A DNA stretch of 64,000 nt from an uncultured Phycisphaerales bacterium (GCA_963844715.1 CAWJPJ010000005.1:96001-160000); one strand, 5' to 3'. Counted from the stretch's first letter, positions 19,864 through 31,272 are shown. A program made the numbers and translations. The notes: a model not told the origin generated them from the sequence alone.

Positions 19864-21480
19864 ATGGACGTGCTCGATTCCAAAGGCCGAATCGTCGGAA
19901 CTTCCTCCGACTCCACCCAAGCCGAAAAAACCCCCGGCCTATTCGCCTGGTTGCGCGCCGTTTTCACGCGTCTAACTGCCGACCAATCCGATATCTCACC
20001 GCCCGCGCGCACCGCCCACCGCGCCGAATCCGCCGATTTCGTCATCGCTCCGGGCGGCTATCGAGTTCGCGTTCCCACCAAAAACGCCGACAACTCCGCC
20101 GAGCAGGCCATCCCTGCAATCCAAGATGCCCTCGCATCCGTTCCACCGCTCCCTCACGCCGCCCTTGCCCTCATCCGCGAAGTGCAAAAGCCCGCCAGCA
20201 GCGCCGCCAGCGTCGCCGATCTCGCCTCCACTGACCCCGCGATTTCGGCCGCTCTACTTCGCACCGTAAACAGCGCCGCCTGCGCTCTGATGCGGAAGGT
20301 CACCAGCGTAACCGACGCCGTCAGCTATCTCGGCTTCGCCACGGTCCGCTCAATCGTCGTCAAGGCCAATCTCGCCCACGCGCTCCCCGCCTCCAAAAGC
20401 GGAAGCGCCTCTGAGTCCGCCGACGCCCGCGATCTCTGGATCCACAGCCTGGCCGTCTCCTATATCGCCGACGTTCTAAGCCAGCGCATCGGCGGCGTCG
20501 ACCGCGGGTTCGCCTCGACTCTCGGCCTGCTGCATGACATCGGCAAGCTTGCCGTCATCGCGCACCTCGGTTCCAGCTCAATAGCGCCCGACTCTCCTGG
20601 CGAGCCGCTCGCCGCGCGCGAAGTCCGCGCCTGGGGCATCGATCACGCCGGCATCGGCGCCACGCTCGCTCATCATTGGGCACTCCCCGCCGATCTCGTC
20701 CAGGCCATTCGCTGGCACCATTTTCCCCAGCGCGCCTTCGAGCCGAGCGATCCGGCCCCGCTCCGAAAAGCCGCCTATGTCGTGCAGGTCGCCAACGAGT
20801 TGGCCAAATATGCCTATCCCTACGCGGACGAGATTGAACTCGACCCTGCCGCGCAATCCGCTTGTTCCGTTTTGGGATTGGATACGCCCATCGCCACTCT
20901 CATGGACGCCCCGGTCCGGGCGGCTGTTACGCACGCCATTCTATTCGGGTTCGAAGAATCTCACGGTGCGCTCCCCCACAGATTCATCCGCCTGCGCCGG
21001 CGATCTGACTCAAGCGCCTCGACCCAATCCGACGGCCACGCCCTCGGCCGCATCCGCGTCGATCAGGAACAACTCGCTTCCTTCTTCGACTCTGCCGACC
21101 CAAAGGACAAATTCTCCGCTTCCGCAACGCCCCAGGGCGTTTCCACTTTGCTCGCCTCCATGGAGCAACACCACGAATCGCTCGCCAGCCCCGTCGCCTC
21201 GCGCCCCGTAGTCCTTTTCACGGTAGGAGCCCTGCTAAGCAATCTCATCGAGTCCGGCGAACACCCGCCAAAAATCGAGATCGTCCAACGCATGCAGAAC
21301 CGCAAACTGGCCACCGCGATTCGCGCCGAAGGCTTGTCTTTTTCCGCGCGTCTTCCCAATCAAGCCGATTCAGGCCCGCGCATATTGGAAACCGAACTCA
21401 TCAGCGTGTTGAACCTGAACTGGTTTGACAGCATCACGGTCACCCCCGACGGCAAATCGATCCTCTTCATCGCCCGCTAA
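19864..21480 (+). CDS. HDOD-domain protein
   Basis: DPAISAALLRTVNSA, LWIHSLAV, GLLHDIGKL, DHAGIGATLAHHWALP, AIRWHH. Confidence 0.88.
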   Translation: MDVLDSKGRIVGTSSDSTQAEKTPGLFAWLRAVFTRLTADQSDISPPARTAHRAESADFVIAPGGYRVRVPTKNADNSAEQAIPAIQDALASVPPLPHAALALIREVQKPASSAASVADLASTDPAISAALLRTVNSAACALMRKVTSVTDAVSYLGFATVRSIVVKANLAHALPASKSGSASESADARDLWIHSLAVSYIADVLSQRIGGVDRGFASTLGLLHDIGKLAVIAHLGSSSIAPDSPGEPLAAREVRAWGIDHAGIGATLAHHWALPADLVQAIRWHHFPQRAFEPSDPAPLRKAAYVVQVANELAKYAYPYADEIELDPAAQSACSVLGLDTPIATLMDAPVRAAVTHAILFGFEESHGALPHRFIRLRRRSDSSASTQSDGHALGRIRVDQEQLASFFDSADPKDKFSASATPQGVSTLLASMEQHHESLASPVASRPVVLFTVGALLSNLIESGEHPPKIEIVQRMQNRKLATAIRAEGLSFSARLPNQADSGPRILETELISVLNLNWFDSITVTPDGKSILFIAR

Positions 21481-21669
21481 TTCGCATTTTGCTATTTGGG
21501 GATGACGCACCCGCGCCCGGGTTCCGCATTTCCCCCGCCCCCGGTGCGCCGGGGGAGCGATCCCTGTCCCCTTCCGCTGGTTTCGGCACGATGGGAGCGG
21601 GCGATCCGCGACGGTCGAGTGCGGTCGTAACGACGCGGCTCTGAACAGCGCGCCGCACAACTCTCAACT

Positions 21670-22929
21670 TTACGCCGCCCTCAACCCGCCGTTGTGCTTG
21701 CCCGTGCGCGTGCGATTCTGCCTCTTCGCCGCCGCCGCCGCCTTTGCCGCGGCGCGTTCCGCGGCCTTCGCCGCCGCTCGCGCCGCCGCCGCCGCGGCTT
21801 CCGCGGCTTCCGCCGCCGCGCGCTGTTCTTCCGCCGCCATCCGCATGCGCAGCGACTCGATCGACTCCTGCATCGCCATCAATTCGTCGCGTAATGCCGC
21901 GTTGGCGACCAGCTTGTTCTCGTCCCATTGCTTGCGAAGCCGGTTGAAAAACGCGGCCTGTGCCTTGATTGTCCGATCCATGCGCCGAACCTCCTGGGCT
22001 GTTAAATCCGTGGACTGAACCGGCGCAATCTTCAGCGCCGCGGGCTTGATACTGGGCGGCGCCGGCGTCTCGTGCCTCACCTCCGCCGGCGCCGCCTTGA
22101 TCGCCTCAATGACTGGTGCCTCGACCTTGGCCGGGGCTTGCCCGGGCAAGCTTGCCGAAACCGCCTGGGTGGCCGGGACCGCAGGCGGCTCGGCCGCTTT
22201 TTGTTCCGTCTTCAGTGGTTCCATCGGAACCTCTGTCCAGACCGGCGCGGCCGCCTCCTTCGTGGGCTGAGTGGCTGCCTTCGCGGGTTTGGCCACTTCT
22301 TCCTCCGGCTCCTCCGTCAAGCTCACGACCGCCTCGGTCTCTTCCGTCTTCTCATCCTTCTTTTCCTCTTCGGGCGTCGCAGCAAACAATGTCGAACCCG
22401 GCCTCGGATGCGGCGCGCTTTCCCCTGCCGACCGCGCATCTCCCTCCATCAATCGCGCCGCTTCCTCCTCCGTCAGCGCATCCTGCGGCAGGGCAGGCGG
22501 CGCGCCCTCGACGAACGTGCCGGTCGCAACGTACGCCGATTCCTCAAACCCGCCCGTTTCGCACGCCAAAACCAGGCACCAGATCGCAACGTGGTCCGAT
22601 TCGTCGTTCGCCTTGGGAATGTAAAGCCAGAATTGTTCCCCGCTCGGCAGCGGCCCGTCCACCAGCATCTCCACGCCCAGCGACGAAATCTGCCTCAGCA
22701 GCACCGGCACCTGAGGCGAGTCCGGTAACGCGGCTCGAATCGTCGCCCGAATCCCAATGCAGATCGGCGCCGTATGATCCGCCGCTTCCGTCGTCGCCCC
22801 GGGCGCTTCATGTTTGCCCGTGATTTCCGTGAGTAATTCCGGAGACAGAGAGCGCGCGGCAGGCGTCGTCGGACCGCCTCGCCCGCGCTGAAGTCCCACC
22901 ACTTTTTGTAGCAATCCGATTACTGACAT
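21670..22929 (-). CDS. Hypothetical protein: degenerate PilZ-like domain, acidic/Pro linker, C-terminal coiled coil
   Basis: 419-aa ORF with GGAAGG RBS; LRQISSLGV resembles D/NxSxxG. Confidence 0.55.
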   Translation of the reverse strand: MSVIGLLQKVVGLQRGRGGPTTPAARSLSPELLTEITGKHEAPGATTEAADHTAPICIGIRATIRAALPDSPQVPVLLRQISSLGVEMLVDGPLPSGEQFWLYIPKANDESDHVAIWCLVLACETGGFEESAYVATGTFVEGAPPALPQDALTEEEAARLMEGDARSAGESAPHPRPGSTLFAATPEEEKKDEKTEETEAVVSLTEEPEEEVAKPAKAATQPTKEAAAPVWTEVPMEPLKTEQKAAEPPAVPATQAVSASLPGQAPAKVEAPVIEAIKAAPAEVRHETPAPPSIKPAALKIAPVQSTDLTAQEVRRMDRTIKAQAAFFNRLRKQWDENKLVANAALRDELMAMQESIESLRMRMAAEEQRAAAEAAEAAAAAARAAAKAAERAAAKAAAAAKRQNRTRTGKHNGGLRAA

Positions 22930-23115
22930 AACTCAGCCTTCCACACGGCCATCCCCTCACTGCGCAACCGGCCGATGCTGAGAAATCGAATACATCAAAC
23001 CCAACGTCAAACTCCCAAACCCGTCTTTTCTCACCTTGCCCCCATTTTCCCCCGGTTATGGGACTCAAATTTTGTGCGATTGTGCGCGCCCCGTCATCAC
23101 CCTAATATTTCCCCA

Positions 23116-23499
23116 ATGGAATCGACCCAAATCGATGCTTGGCTGGCCCCATTCGCCCTCGACAAGGGTATCCACGCCCACGTCGCCGCCGTGCTGGGGC
23201 GACTGCCCGAGGATGTCCGTACCGACCTGATGGGCGATCCCTCGTTCACCGTATGCGATTATGCGCCCGGTCCAAACGTGACCCTTCATGTCCCCATGCG
23301 CCTCGAGACCCCCGGTCGCCCCGGGCGATCGGTGGTCCTAAAACGTACACTTTTATCGCGCCCAACTCCGTTCGCCCATTGGGTCATCGCCCACGAACTC
23401 GCCCACGCCTATCTCCGCCACGGCTCGCGCCATCCCCAGGAAAACCCCGAACAATCCGCCGACTTTCTGGCCGCCCAATGGGGATTCCCCAAGCCGTAA
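23116..23499 (+). CDS. Small HExxH zinc-metallopeptidase-like protein
   Basis: VIAHELAHAYL followed by EQSADFLAAQWGF. Confidence 0.6.
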   Translation: MESTQIDAWLAPFALDKGIHAHVAAVLGRLPEDVRTDLMGDPSFTVCDYAPGPNVTLHVPMRLETPGRPGRSVVLKRTLLSRPTPFAHWVIAHELAHAYLRHGSRHPQENPEQSADFLAAQWGFPKP

Positions 23500-23510
23500 T
23501 CGGACGCCGC

Positions 23511-24437
23511 CTATTGCTTCTTCGACTTCGCAGGCGCCTTCGTCCAGTAATGCACAAAAAATACCCCCATGCGCTTCACCCAACTCCAATCCCAAGCTAA
23601 AACCCGCGCCATTGGCCAAAGCGCCGCGCCTTCCTCCAATCCCGCCCCCAGCGCAAATGCACAAAATCGTCCAGCATCTCCCCAAACAAATCCCACCCGC
23701 AAATCGTCCAACAAGTCAGATATGCACGGTGCCTCAGCTCGCGCCGCCGCCCCGGCTCGACAAATTCCAATTGCGCCTCAACCACCCGGCAAAGATTCGG
23801 CGCCCATCTCAATTTATCCCTCGACGCATTGCTCTGGTGCTCCCGGTAATACAGCGACAACCGATCATGCAGCTCAACCTTCCCCACTCGGCTCAGCCTG
23901 AACAGCAAATCCCAGTCATCCGTTGCCCAAAGTTTCTCATCCAAACCTCCGATGGCCCGCAGCGTTTCCGCGCACACCAGCGTCTGCCCCGGCGAAGTGA
24001 TCGGGCACCGCTCAAATAACTTCTCGTGTGTGATCTCGGAAACACCTGCGCCAAACGCGCGCTCTTTTCTGCCGATATATTCCACTTTCCCGCTCACCAT
24101 CACCACATCCGGATGTCCCTCCAGCCATTCCACCTGCCACTGGAGCTTGTCCGCCGGCCACAAATCATCGTCGTCCAGCATCGCGATATATTTCCCTCGC
24201 GCCATGCGCGATCCCCGCGTTCCGCGCCGAAGCCTGCCCTCCATTCTCCTTGCGAAGAAAACGAATCCGCCCCGCATCCGTCAGCGGCTTAAGAATTCCC
24301 TCCGTCCCATCCGGCGACCCGTCGTCAATCACAATGACTTCAAAATCCCGATAAGTCTGAGCAAACACCGATTCCAGCGCAGCCAGAACAAATTGGCCAT
24401 GATTGTAAGTCGGAATGACAACACTCACGGTCGGCAA
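23511..24437 (-). CDS. Glycosyltransferase family 2 (frameshifted)
   Basis: VSVVIPTYNH, IDDGSPDGT, NGGQASARNAG, IAMLDDDDLW. Confidence 0.9.
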
Positions 24438-24507
24438 ATGGATTTAGTCTAATCGACCCCCAGTACTCACGCGATTTCTGCGACCCTCCCTCATCGAATC
24501 CCAAAAT

Positions 24508-24650
24508 CTAAAAATCCACCCCCACCCGAATCGTCCCCACCAGCGCATTGGATATCCCGGTGCCCCCGGATTCATGATGTATTGCAAATCCGAGTGCACA
24601 AACAATCCGTTCACGATCCGCAACCAATAAAACCCTTCGATCGTGACATC
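24508..24650 (-). pseudogene. C-terminal remnant of OprB-like carbohydrate porin
   Basis: TIEGFYWLRI...DLQYIMNPG and NALVGTIRVGVDF terminal strand; no upstream gene body. Confidence 0.6.
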
Positions 24651-24740
24651 CTTTCCATGCGCTGAAAACGAACCATTTGCGGCGACCCATCGCCGCAACC
24701 CCTTTTACTTTCAAGCTTTTAGCTCTACGGCTGTGTCATC

Positions 24741-24768
24741 TTAACGATGCCGCCATTCGCGCCGATAA
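24741..24768 (+). promoter_or_regulatory. Putative sigma28 promoter
   Basis: TTAA-N16-GCCGATAA before GGAGG RBS and ATG 24791. Confidence 0.55.
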
Positions 24769-24790
24769 TAGATCCGGAGGGAGACCTACC

Positions 24791-25018
24791 ATGCGGTTCT
24801 TTCTTGCAATCATCGGAAGTACGCTGATCTTCGTTTCGGTTCTGATTATTTCCACGCTGCTAACGCCGATCCTTTGCGAACAGCTAACGCAAACCTTCCA
24901 CCTCGGCCCCATCTACACCAACAACGTCTCCGGCGTCCTCCTCGCCCTGGTCTGCGCCGCCGCCGCCTTCCGCGATTCCCTCATGCGCAGAAAAACGCCG
25001 CCTGACCAAGCTCAATAA
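24791..25018 (+). CDS. Small two-TM membrane protein
   Basis: MRFFLAIIGSTLIFVSVLII...; GGAGG RBS; two hydrophobic segments. Confidence 0.6.
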   Translation: MRFFLAIIGSTLIFVSVLIISTLLTPILCEQLTQTFHLGPIYTNNVSGVLLALVCAAAAFRDSLMRRKTPPDQAQ

Positions 25019-25160
25019 ACTCCTGGCCAACTAATCCCCCGCGCCCGACGCCGCCTCAGCCCCCTCGTTTTCGCTCCCAATCATAATCTTAATCCTAATC
25101 CTAATCCGTCCCTGACCTTCAATTTGAATAACCCCACCCTTCCCCCGATGATTCCCCCCA

Positions 25161-26429
25161 ATGTGCGCCCGAACTCCCTCCGCCAGGACCGCCCGCCTCT
25201 CCCTCATTCTCCTGCTGGCGATTAATCTCTTTAATTACGTCGACCGCTACGTCCTGGCCGCAGTCGTTCCCAAAATCCGTGAAACCTTCTTCCCCGGCAA
25301 CGGCCCCAACGAACTCGGCCTCACCGGCACACTCGCCACCGCCTTCATCGTCTCCTACATGCTCGCGGCCCCGATTCTCGGGTGGCTCGCCGATCGAATG
25401 TCCCGCTGGCTCCTCGTCGGCATCAGCGTCATTATCTGGAGTCTCCTCACCGGCGGCTCAGGTCTGGCCCCAACTTTCGCCATCCTCCTCATCACAAGAC
25501 TATTCGTGGGCATAGGCGAAGCCGGCTACGGACCCGCCGCGCCCACCATCATCGCCGATCTCTACCCCGTCGAACGCCGCGGCCAGGTCCTCGCCTGGTT
25601 CTACATGGCCATCCCCGTAGGCAGCGCCCTGGGCTACGCCCTGGGCGGTCTCATCGGCGGCCACTTCGGCTGGTGCGCCGCCTTCTTCGCCGTCACCGCC
25701 CCAGGACTCCTATTAGGAATCCTCTGTTTCCTACAAAAAGACCCCCCGCGCGGACATCACCGCGAAGCCGGGGGAGCTAGCTCCCCCGGATCCCACACCG
25801 CAAAACTCGACGACTATTTCTCCCTCCTGAAAAATCCCTCCTATCTCTTCGACACCCTGGGCATGATGGCCATGACCTTCGCGGTAGGGGGGATCTCCTT
25901 CTGGATGCCAACTTACTTCCACGATTTCCGCCACGCCGGCTCCCTTGCCAACGTCAATCTCATCTTCGGCGCCATCACCGTCGTTTCAGGTTTCTCCGCC
26001 ACATTCGCCGGCGGCTGGCTCGGCGACAAACTCCGTCCACGCTTTCCCGGCTCCTACTTCACCGTCTCCGGAATCAGCATTCTCGCCTGCTGTCCCATGA
26101 TTCTCCTGATGGTTTATCTCCCCTTCCCCTGGGCCTGGGTCGCCTGCTTCGTGGCCGAATTCTGTCTCTTCTTCAACACCGGCCCCTCCAACACCATTCT
26201 CGCCAACGTCACCCACCCCAACATCCGCGCCACCGCCTTCGCCCTCAACATCTTTCTCATTCACGCCTTGGGCGATGCCCCCTCGCCCCCCTTGCTAGGC
26301 CACATCGCCGACCTCTTCGGCTGGAACGCCTCCTTCGGCCTTGTGACTGCAACAACCGCCGCCGGCGGAATCTTCTGGCTCCTCGGCGCACGCCACCTCC
26401 AGCGCGACACCGCTGCCGTCTCCGATTGA
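25161..26429 (+). CDS. MFS transporter (Spinster-like)
   Basis: NLFNYVDRY, GWLADRMSR, RLFVGIGEAGYGPAAPTIIADLYP. Confidence 0.92.
   Translation: MCARTPSARTARLSLILLLAINLFNYVDRYVLAAVVPKIRETFFPGNGPNELGLTGTLATAFIVSYMLAAPILGWLADRMSRWLLVGISVIIWSLLTGGSGLAPTFAILLITRLFVGIGEAGYGPAAPTIIADLYPVERRGQVLAWFYMAIPVGSALGYALGGLIGGHFGWCAAFFAVTAPGLLLGILCFLQKDPPRGHHREAGGASSPGSHTAKLDDYFSLLKNPSYLFDTLGMMAMTFAVGGISFWMPTYFHDFRHAGSLANVNLIFGAITVVSGFSATFAGGWLGDKLRPRFPGSYFTVSGISILACCPMILLMVYLPFPWAWVACFVAEFCLFFNTGPSNTILANVTHPNIRATAFALNIFLIHALGDAPSPPLLGHIADLFGWNASFGLVTATTAAGGIFWLLGARHLQRDTAAVSD
25760..25792. repeat. 33-bp REP-like palindrome, copy 1 (in-frame in MFS)
   Basis: ccgcgaagccgggggagctagctcccccggatc; one mismatch to 35636-35668. 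Confidence 0.85.
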
Positions 26430-26454
26430 TCGCTCGACTAAATTGCCAAACGGC

Positions 26455-26564
26455 ATTAGCACAGAGCACACAGAGAGCACAGAGAGCACGGAGAAGACAA
26501 ATCAAAAAAACTGAATTTGAATTTTCTCCGTGTCCTCTGTGTGCTCTGTGGTCTCTGTGCTAAT
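26455..26564. repeat. Solo periodic hairpin element (CACAGAG 9-bp units)
   Basis: attagcacagagcacacagagagcacagagagcacggagaa ... ttctccgtgtcctctgtgtgctctgtggtctctgtgctaat inverted arms. Confidence 0.9.
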
Positions 26565-26601
26565 TCTTTTGAGTTCCGACGTGGGACAAACAATCAATCG
26601 A

Positions 26602-27881
26602 CTACCGAAGTAGCGAGCTAACCGGCGTAGCCGGATCGCGAACTTTTCTTCAATCCCCTCGACAGGCAATCGCCGCTTAACCAGTTCCACCAATTCCGCC
26701 CGGCTGTCGCAATGCCCAACCGCGATCGTCTGCGCCATCCGCCCATCCGCGGCCACGCCGATCTCCACAAAACTGGGCGAATCCGCCGCCGCACCGATCG
26801 ACTCCCGATTGATCCGCCGATCCACCAGCTTTCCCTCGCCCCAAACATCCGTGCGCAGACCGAGCACATGCGTATGAAAATGGCTGACCGAATCGTAGAC
26901 CGCCGAGCCGCCGGCCATGTTGATTCCCGCGATCGCGCCGGTTTCCGCCGCGCTCTCCCAGTGATTCAGCAGCCGATGCTTCCCGAAGAGCGGATCGAAT
27001 AGCGCCGCGCAATCTCCCGCCGCGAAAATCGACGGTACATTCGTCTCGCACCGCTGGTCCACCAGCACCGCCTTCTCCGCCACGATCGGCGTTCCGCGCA
27101 AAAGTTCGCGATGCGGATCCAATCCCACCGCCGCCACCGCGAAATCCGCGTCGATCGAATCCCCGCCGGCCAGTACCACGCGCTGCACGCGCCCGTCGCC
27201 TTCGAGGTGCGCCACGCGATCCGCCGCGTGCACCGTGATCCCGTGCCGCTCGAGGAATCGCGCCATCCATTTCCCCGTCGCCTCACCCGCGAAATAGCTC
27301 CATGGATAATTCCCCGCCATCACCAGCGCAACGTGCAATCCAGCTTCAGAGAGCGTCCCCGCCAGCTCCACGCCCAGCAGCCCGCCGCCGATCACAACGG
27401 ATCGTCCGCGCCCGCGATGATGGGTCCGGCCCTCGCGTTTTGCCTTATCGATCGCGTGAACGAGCCGATCCGCGTCCTCGAGAGTTCTCAAATAAAAGAG
27501 GTTCGGCAAATCCGCCCCCGGCACGCGCAGCGCCCGCGGCGAACCGCCCGTAGCTATCAGCAACTGATCGAATGAGATCTCTTCCCCGCTCCCCAGCACA
27601 ACCGCATGACGATGCGCATCCAAATATGTTGCGTACTGCCCAGTGCGCAACTGAACATTGTGTTCGACAAACCACTCGGCCGGCAAAGTGAACACCTCGC
27701 CATGTCCGCGCTGTCCAAGCAAAAATTGCCGGCTCAGCGGCGGCCGATGGTAGGGCCGGTTGATCTCCTGACCCACCAGGAGCAAATCCCCGCGCGGATC
27801 GAGCTTGCGGATTTCGACCGCGGCGTGGCTTGACGCAACGCCACCGCCCACCAATAGATATTTCACGTGTAGCCGACTCAT
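26602..27881 (-). CDS. FAD-dependent pyridine nucleotide oxidoreductase (ferredoxin reductase-like)
   Basis: LLVGGGVAS, PYHRPPLS, ATGG, IGGGLLGVE, IFAAGD; likely true stop at 26602 after an indel. Confidence 0.9.
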
Positions 27882-28029
27882 AACGGCGACTCCTACTACA
27901 TAAAGACGCTTACCAAACGTCCATGTTCGCGCGTCTCTGCCGCCGCTTTGAGCGGAAAGACATCCCTAAATACTCCAGGTGCCTATAAAACGGCAATCCG
28001 TGTGCCGCACAATTTCACAATAAGAATAT

Positions 28030-28071
28030 TTGCATTCCCCTCGATCCTGAACTATCATTCCATGCGGATAG
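28030..28071 (+). promoter_or_regulatory. sigma70 promoter with overlapping palindromic operator (SahR-like)
   Basis: TTGCAT-N17-TATCAT; CTATC-N10-GATAG at 28052-28071 overlaps the -10. Confidence 0.6.
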
Positions 28072-28075
28072 ACGG

Positions 28076-29029
28076 ATGGATAAGCCCGCCCAAACCGAGG
28101 ATGTCGTCGAGCTGATGGGATCGCTCTCCGATCCTAAGCGCCTGCGCATCATGCACTTGCTTGAGGGGCAGGAACTGGGCGTGGTCGAACTCTGCGATGT
28201 GCTTCAATCCCCGCAGTCCACCATCAGCCGTCAATTGAAGGTTCTGGCTGATGCCGGCTGGGTGCGCAGCCGCCGCCAGGGCACCGCCCATTTATATCGC
28301 ACTATCCTCGACGAACTCGAACCGGCTGCCCGCAGCCTATGGCTGGTCGCGCGCCGTCAAACTCAGCAATCTCCCTCTGTCTTACAGGACCAGCTCCGCC
28401 TCCGCCGCCGGCTCGACGAGCGCACGCGCGACAGCCAATCCTTCTTCGCAGGCGCCGCCGCCGAGTGGGACAAATTACGCGCCGATCTTTACGGCCAAAC
28501 TTTTTCTTCCTCCGCCGCCCTCGCTCTCTTACCCAACACCGCCGTAGTGGCCGATCTAGGCTGTGGCACCGGCCAGATCGCCGGCTCCATCGCCCCCTAT
28601 GTACGGCAGGTCGTCGGGGTCGATAACTCACAAGCCATGCTTAAAGCCGCCGCCCGCCGATTAACCGGAGTAGAAAACGTGGATCTCCGCCGAGGCGACC
28701 TGACCGCGCTCCCCATCGACTCCGCCACCTGCGACGCCGCCTTGATGGTCCTGGCCCTCACTTATCTACCCGACCCCAAACAAGCCATCGCCGAAATGGC
28801 CAGAATCCTAAAACCCCAAGGCAAAGCCGTCATCGTCGATCTACTCCCCCACGATCGCGAAGACTTCCGCCGCCAACTAGGCCAGCGCCACGCAGGCTTC
28901 GCCCCCGAACAACTAAAAACCTGGCTCGCCGAATCAAACTTCGACGAGCAATCGTTTCGCCCGCTGCCAACGGAATCCGAAGCCAAAGGCCCGGCGCTAT
29001 TTCTGGCTTTCGGGATTTGTGGAAGATAA
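28076..29029 (+). CDS. ArsR-family HTH plus SAM methyltransferase domain (SahR-like regulator)
   Basis: LSDPKRLRIM...QSTISRQLKVL; VADLGCGTG; upstream of ahcY. Confidence 0.88.
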   Translation: MDKPAQTEDVVELMGSLSDPKRLRIMHLLEGQELGVVELCDVLQSPQSTISRQLKVLADAGWVRSRRQGTAHLYRTILDELEPAARSLWLVARRQTQQSPSVLQDQLRLRRRLDERTRDSQSFFAGAAAEWDKLRADLYGQTFSSSAALALLPNTAVVADLGCGTGQIAGSIAPYVRQVVGVDNSQAMLKAAARRLTGVENVDLRRGDLTALPIDSATCDAALMVLALTYLPDPKQAIAEMARILKPQGKAVIVDLLPHDREDFRRQLGQRHAGFAPEQLKTWLAESNFDEQSFRPLPTESEAKGPALFLAFGICGR

Positions 29030-29033
29030 AAGA

Positions 29034-29179
29034 ATTAGCACAGAGGGCACAGAGGGCACAGAGCACACAGAGAAGAAAGATGAGCAGTAAAAGAAAGCAA
29101 AAAATGAAGATCTCCATTACAAAAAAAGCATTTTCTCTGTGCCCTCTGTGGTCTCTGTGTCCTCTGTGCCAACGCTGTT
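29034..29179. repeat. Periodic hairpin element, left of GxxExxY gene
   Basis: attagcacagagggcacagagggcacagagcacacagagaa ... ttctctgtgccctctgtggtctctgtgtcctctgtgccaacgctgtt. Confidence 0.92.
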
Positions 29180-29214
29180 TCTCCTGTATTTTGGCGTTGC
29201 CCTAGGAAAGATCT

Positions 29215-29628
29215 ATGACGCAATCGCCCGAATATATCGATGACGAGATGGAGCCAGATCCGGAATTAAACCGCATCACCAACGCCGTCATCGGCGCAGC
29301 GATCGACGTGCACAAAGCCCTCGGCCCCGGATTTTACGAGTCGGTATACGAGGAGGCCCTCACAATTGCCCTGCATAAACGCGGGCTTCGATTCTCGCGC
29401 CAGCACTCATTTTCGATAATGTTTGAAGGCCAAGTCGTCGGAACCGGTCGTGTTGATTTTGTCATCGAAGAAAAAGTGGTTGTAGAAATCAAGGCGATCG
29501 AAGCGTTCAGTCCCGTGCACACAGCCCAGGCGATCTCGTACATGCGCGCCACGCACCTGAAATTAGCGATACTGATCAACTTCAACGTGAAGCGCCTGGT
29601 CGATGGAATCAAAAGAGTCGCGCTGTAA
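29215..29628 (+). CDS. GxxExxY protein (PD-(D/E)XK nuclease-like)
   Basis: VHKALGPGFYESVYEEAL, RVDFVIEEKVVVEIK, LINF. Confidence 0.93.
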   Translation: MTQSPEYIDDEMEPDPELNRITNAVIGAAIDVHKALGPGFYESVYEEALTIALHKRGLRFSRQHSFSIMFEGQVVGTGRVDFVIEEKVVVEIKAIEAFSPVHTAQAISYMRATHLKLAILINFNVKRLVDGIKRVAL

Positions 29629-29635
29629 AAAAAGC

Positions 29636-29755
29636 ATTAGCACAGAGGACACAGAGAAGAAAAATGAGGAGCTAAAAAAATCCGAAGTTGATTTTAAAAA
29701 AAAAGCATTTCTCTGTGCCCTCTGTGTTCTCTGTGCCCTCTGTGCCAACGCTGTT
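29636..29755. repeat. Periodic hairpin element, right of GxxExxY gene
   Basis: attagcacagaggacacagagaa ... ttctctgtgccctctgtgttctctgtgccctctgtgccaacgctgtt, same orientation as left copy. Confidence 0.92.
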
Positions 29756-29793
29756 GCTGTTGCCGTTTCTTAAAAATTTATAAGGAGCCACCC

Positions 29794-31272
<1,479 letters not shown>

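Noticed and set aside
25079..25107. (TAATCY)n hexamer run, loosely echoed at 56815-56850
   Set aside because: Too short and degenerate to define a repeat family from this window
26502..26601. Oxidoreductase C-terminus reading into the repeat (TETTEHTEDTE)
   Set aside because: One indel restores a natural end RDPATPVSSLLR-stop at 26602
29034..29755. CRISPR array from CACAGAG repeats
   Set aside because: Units are 9-bp tandem and inverted, with no unique regular spacers and no cas genes
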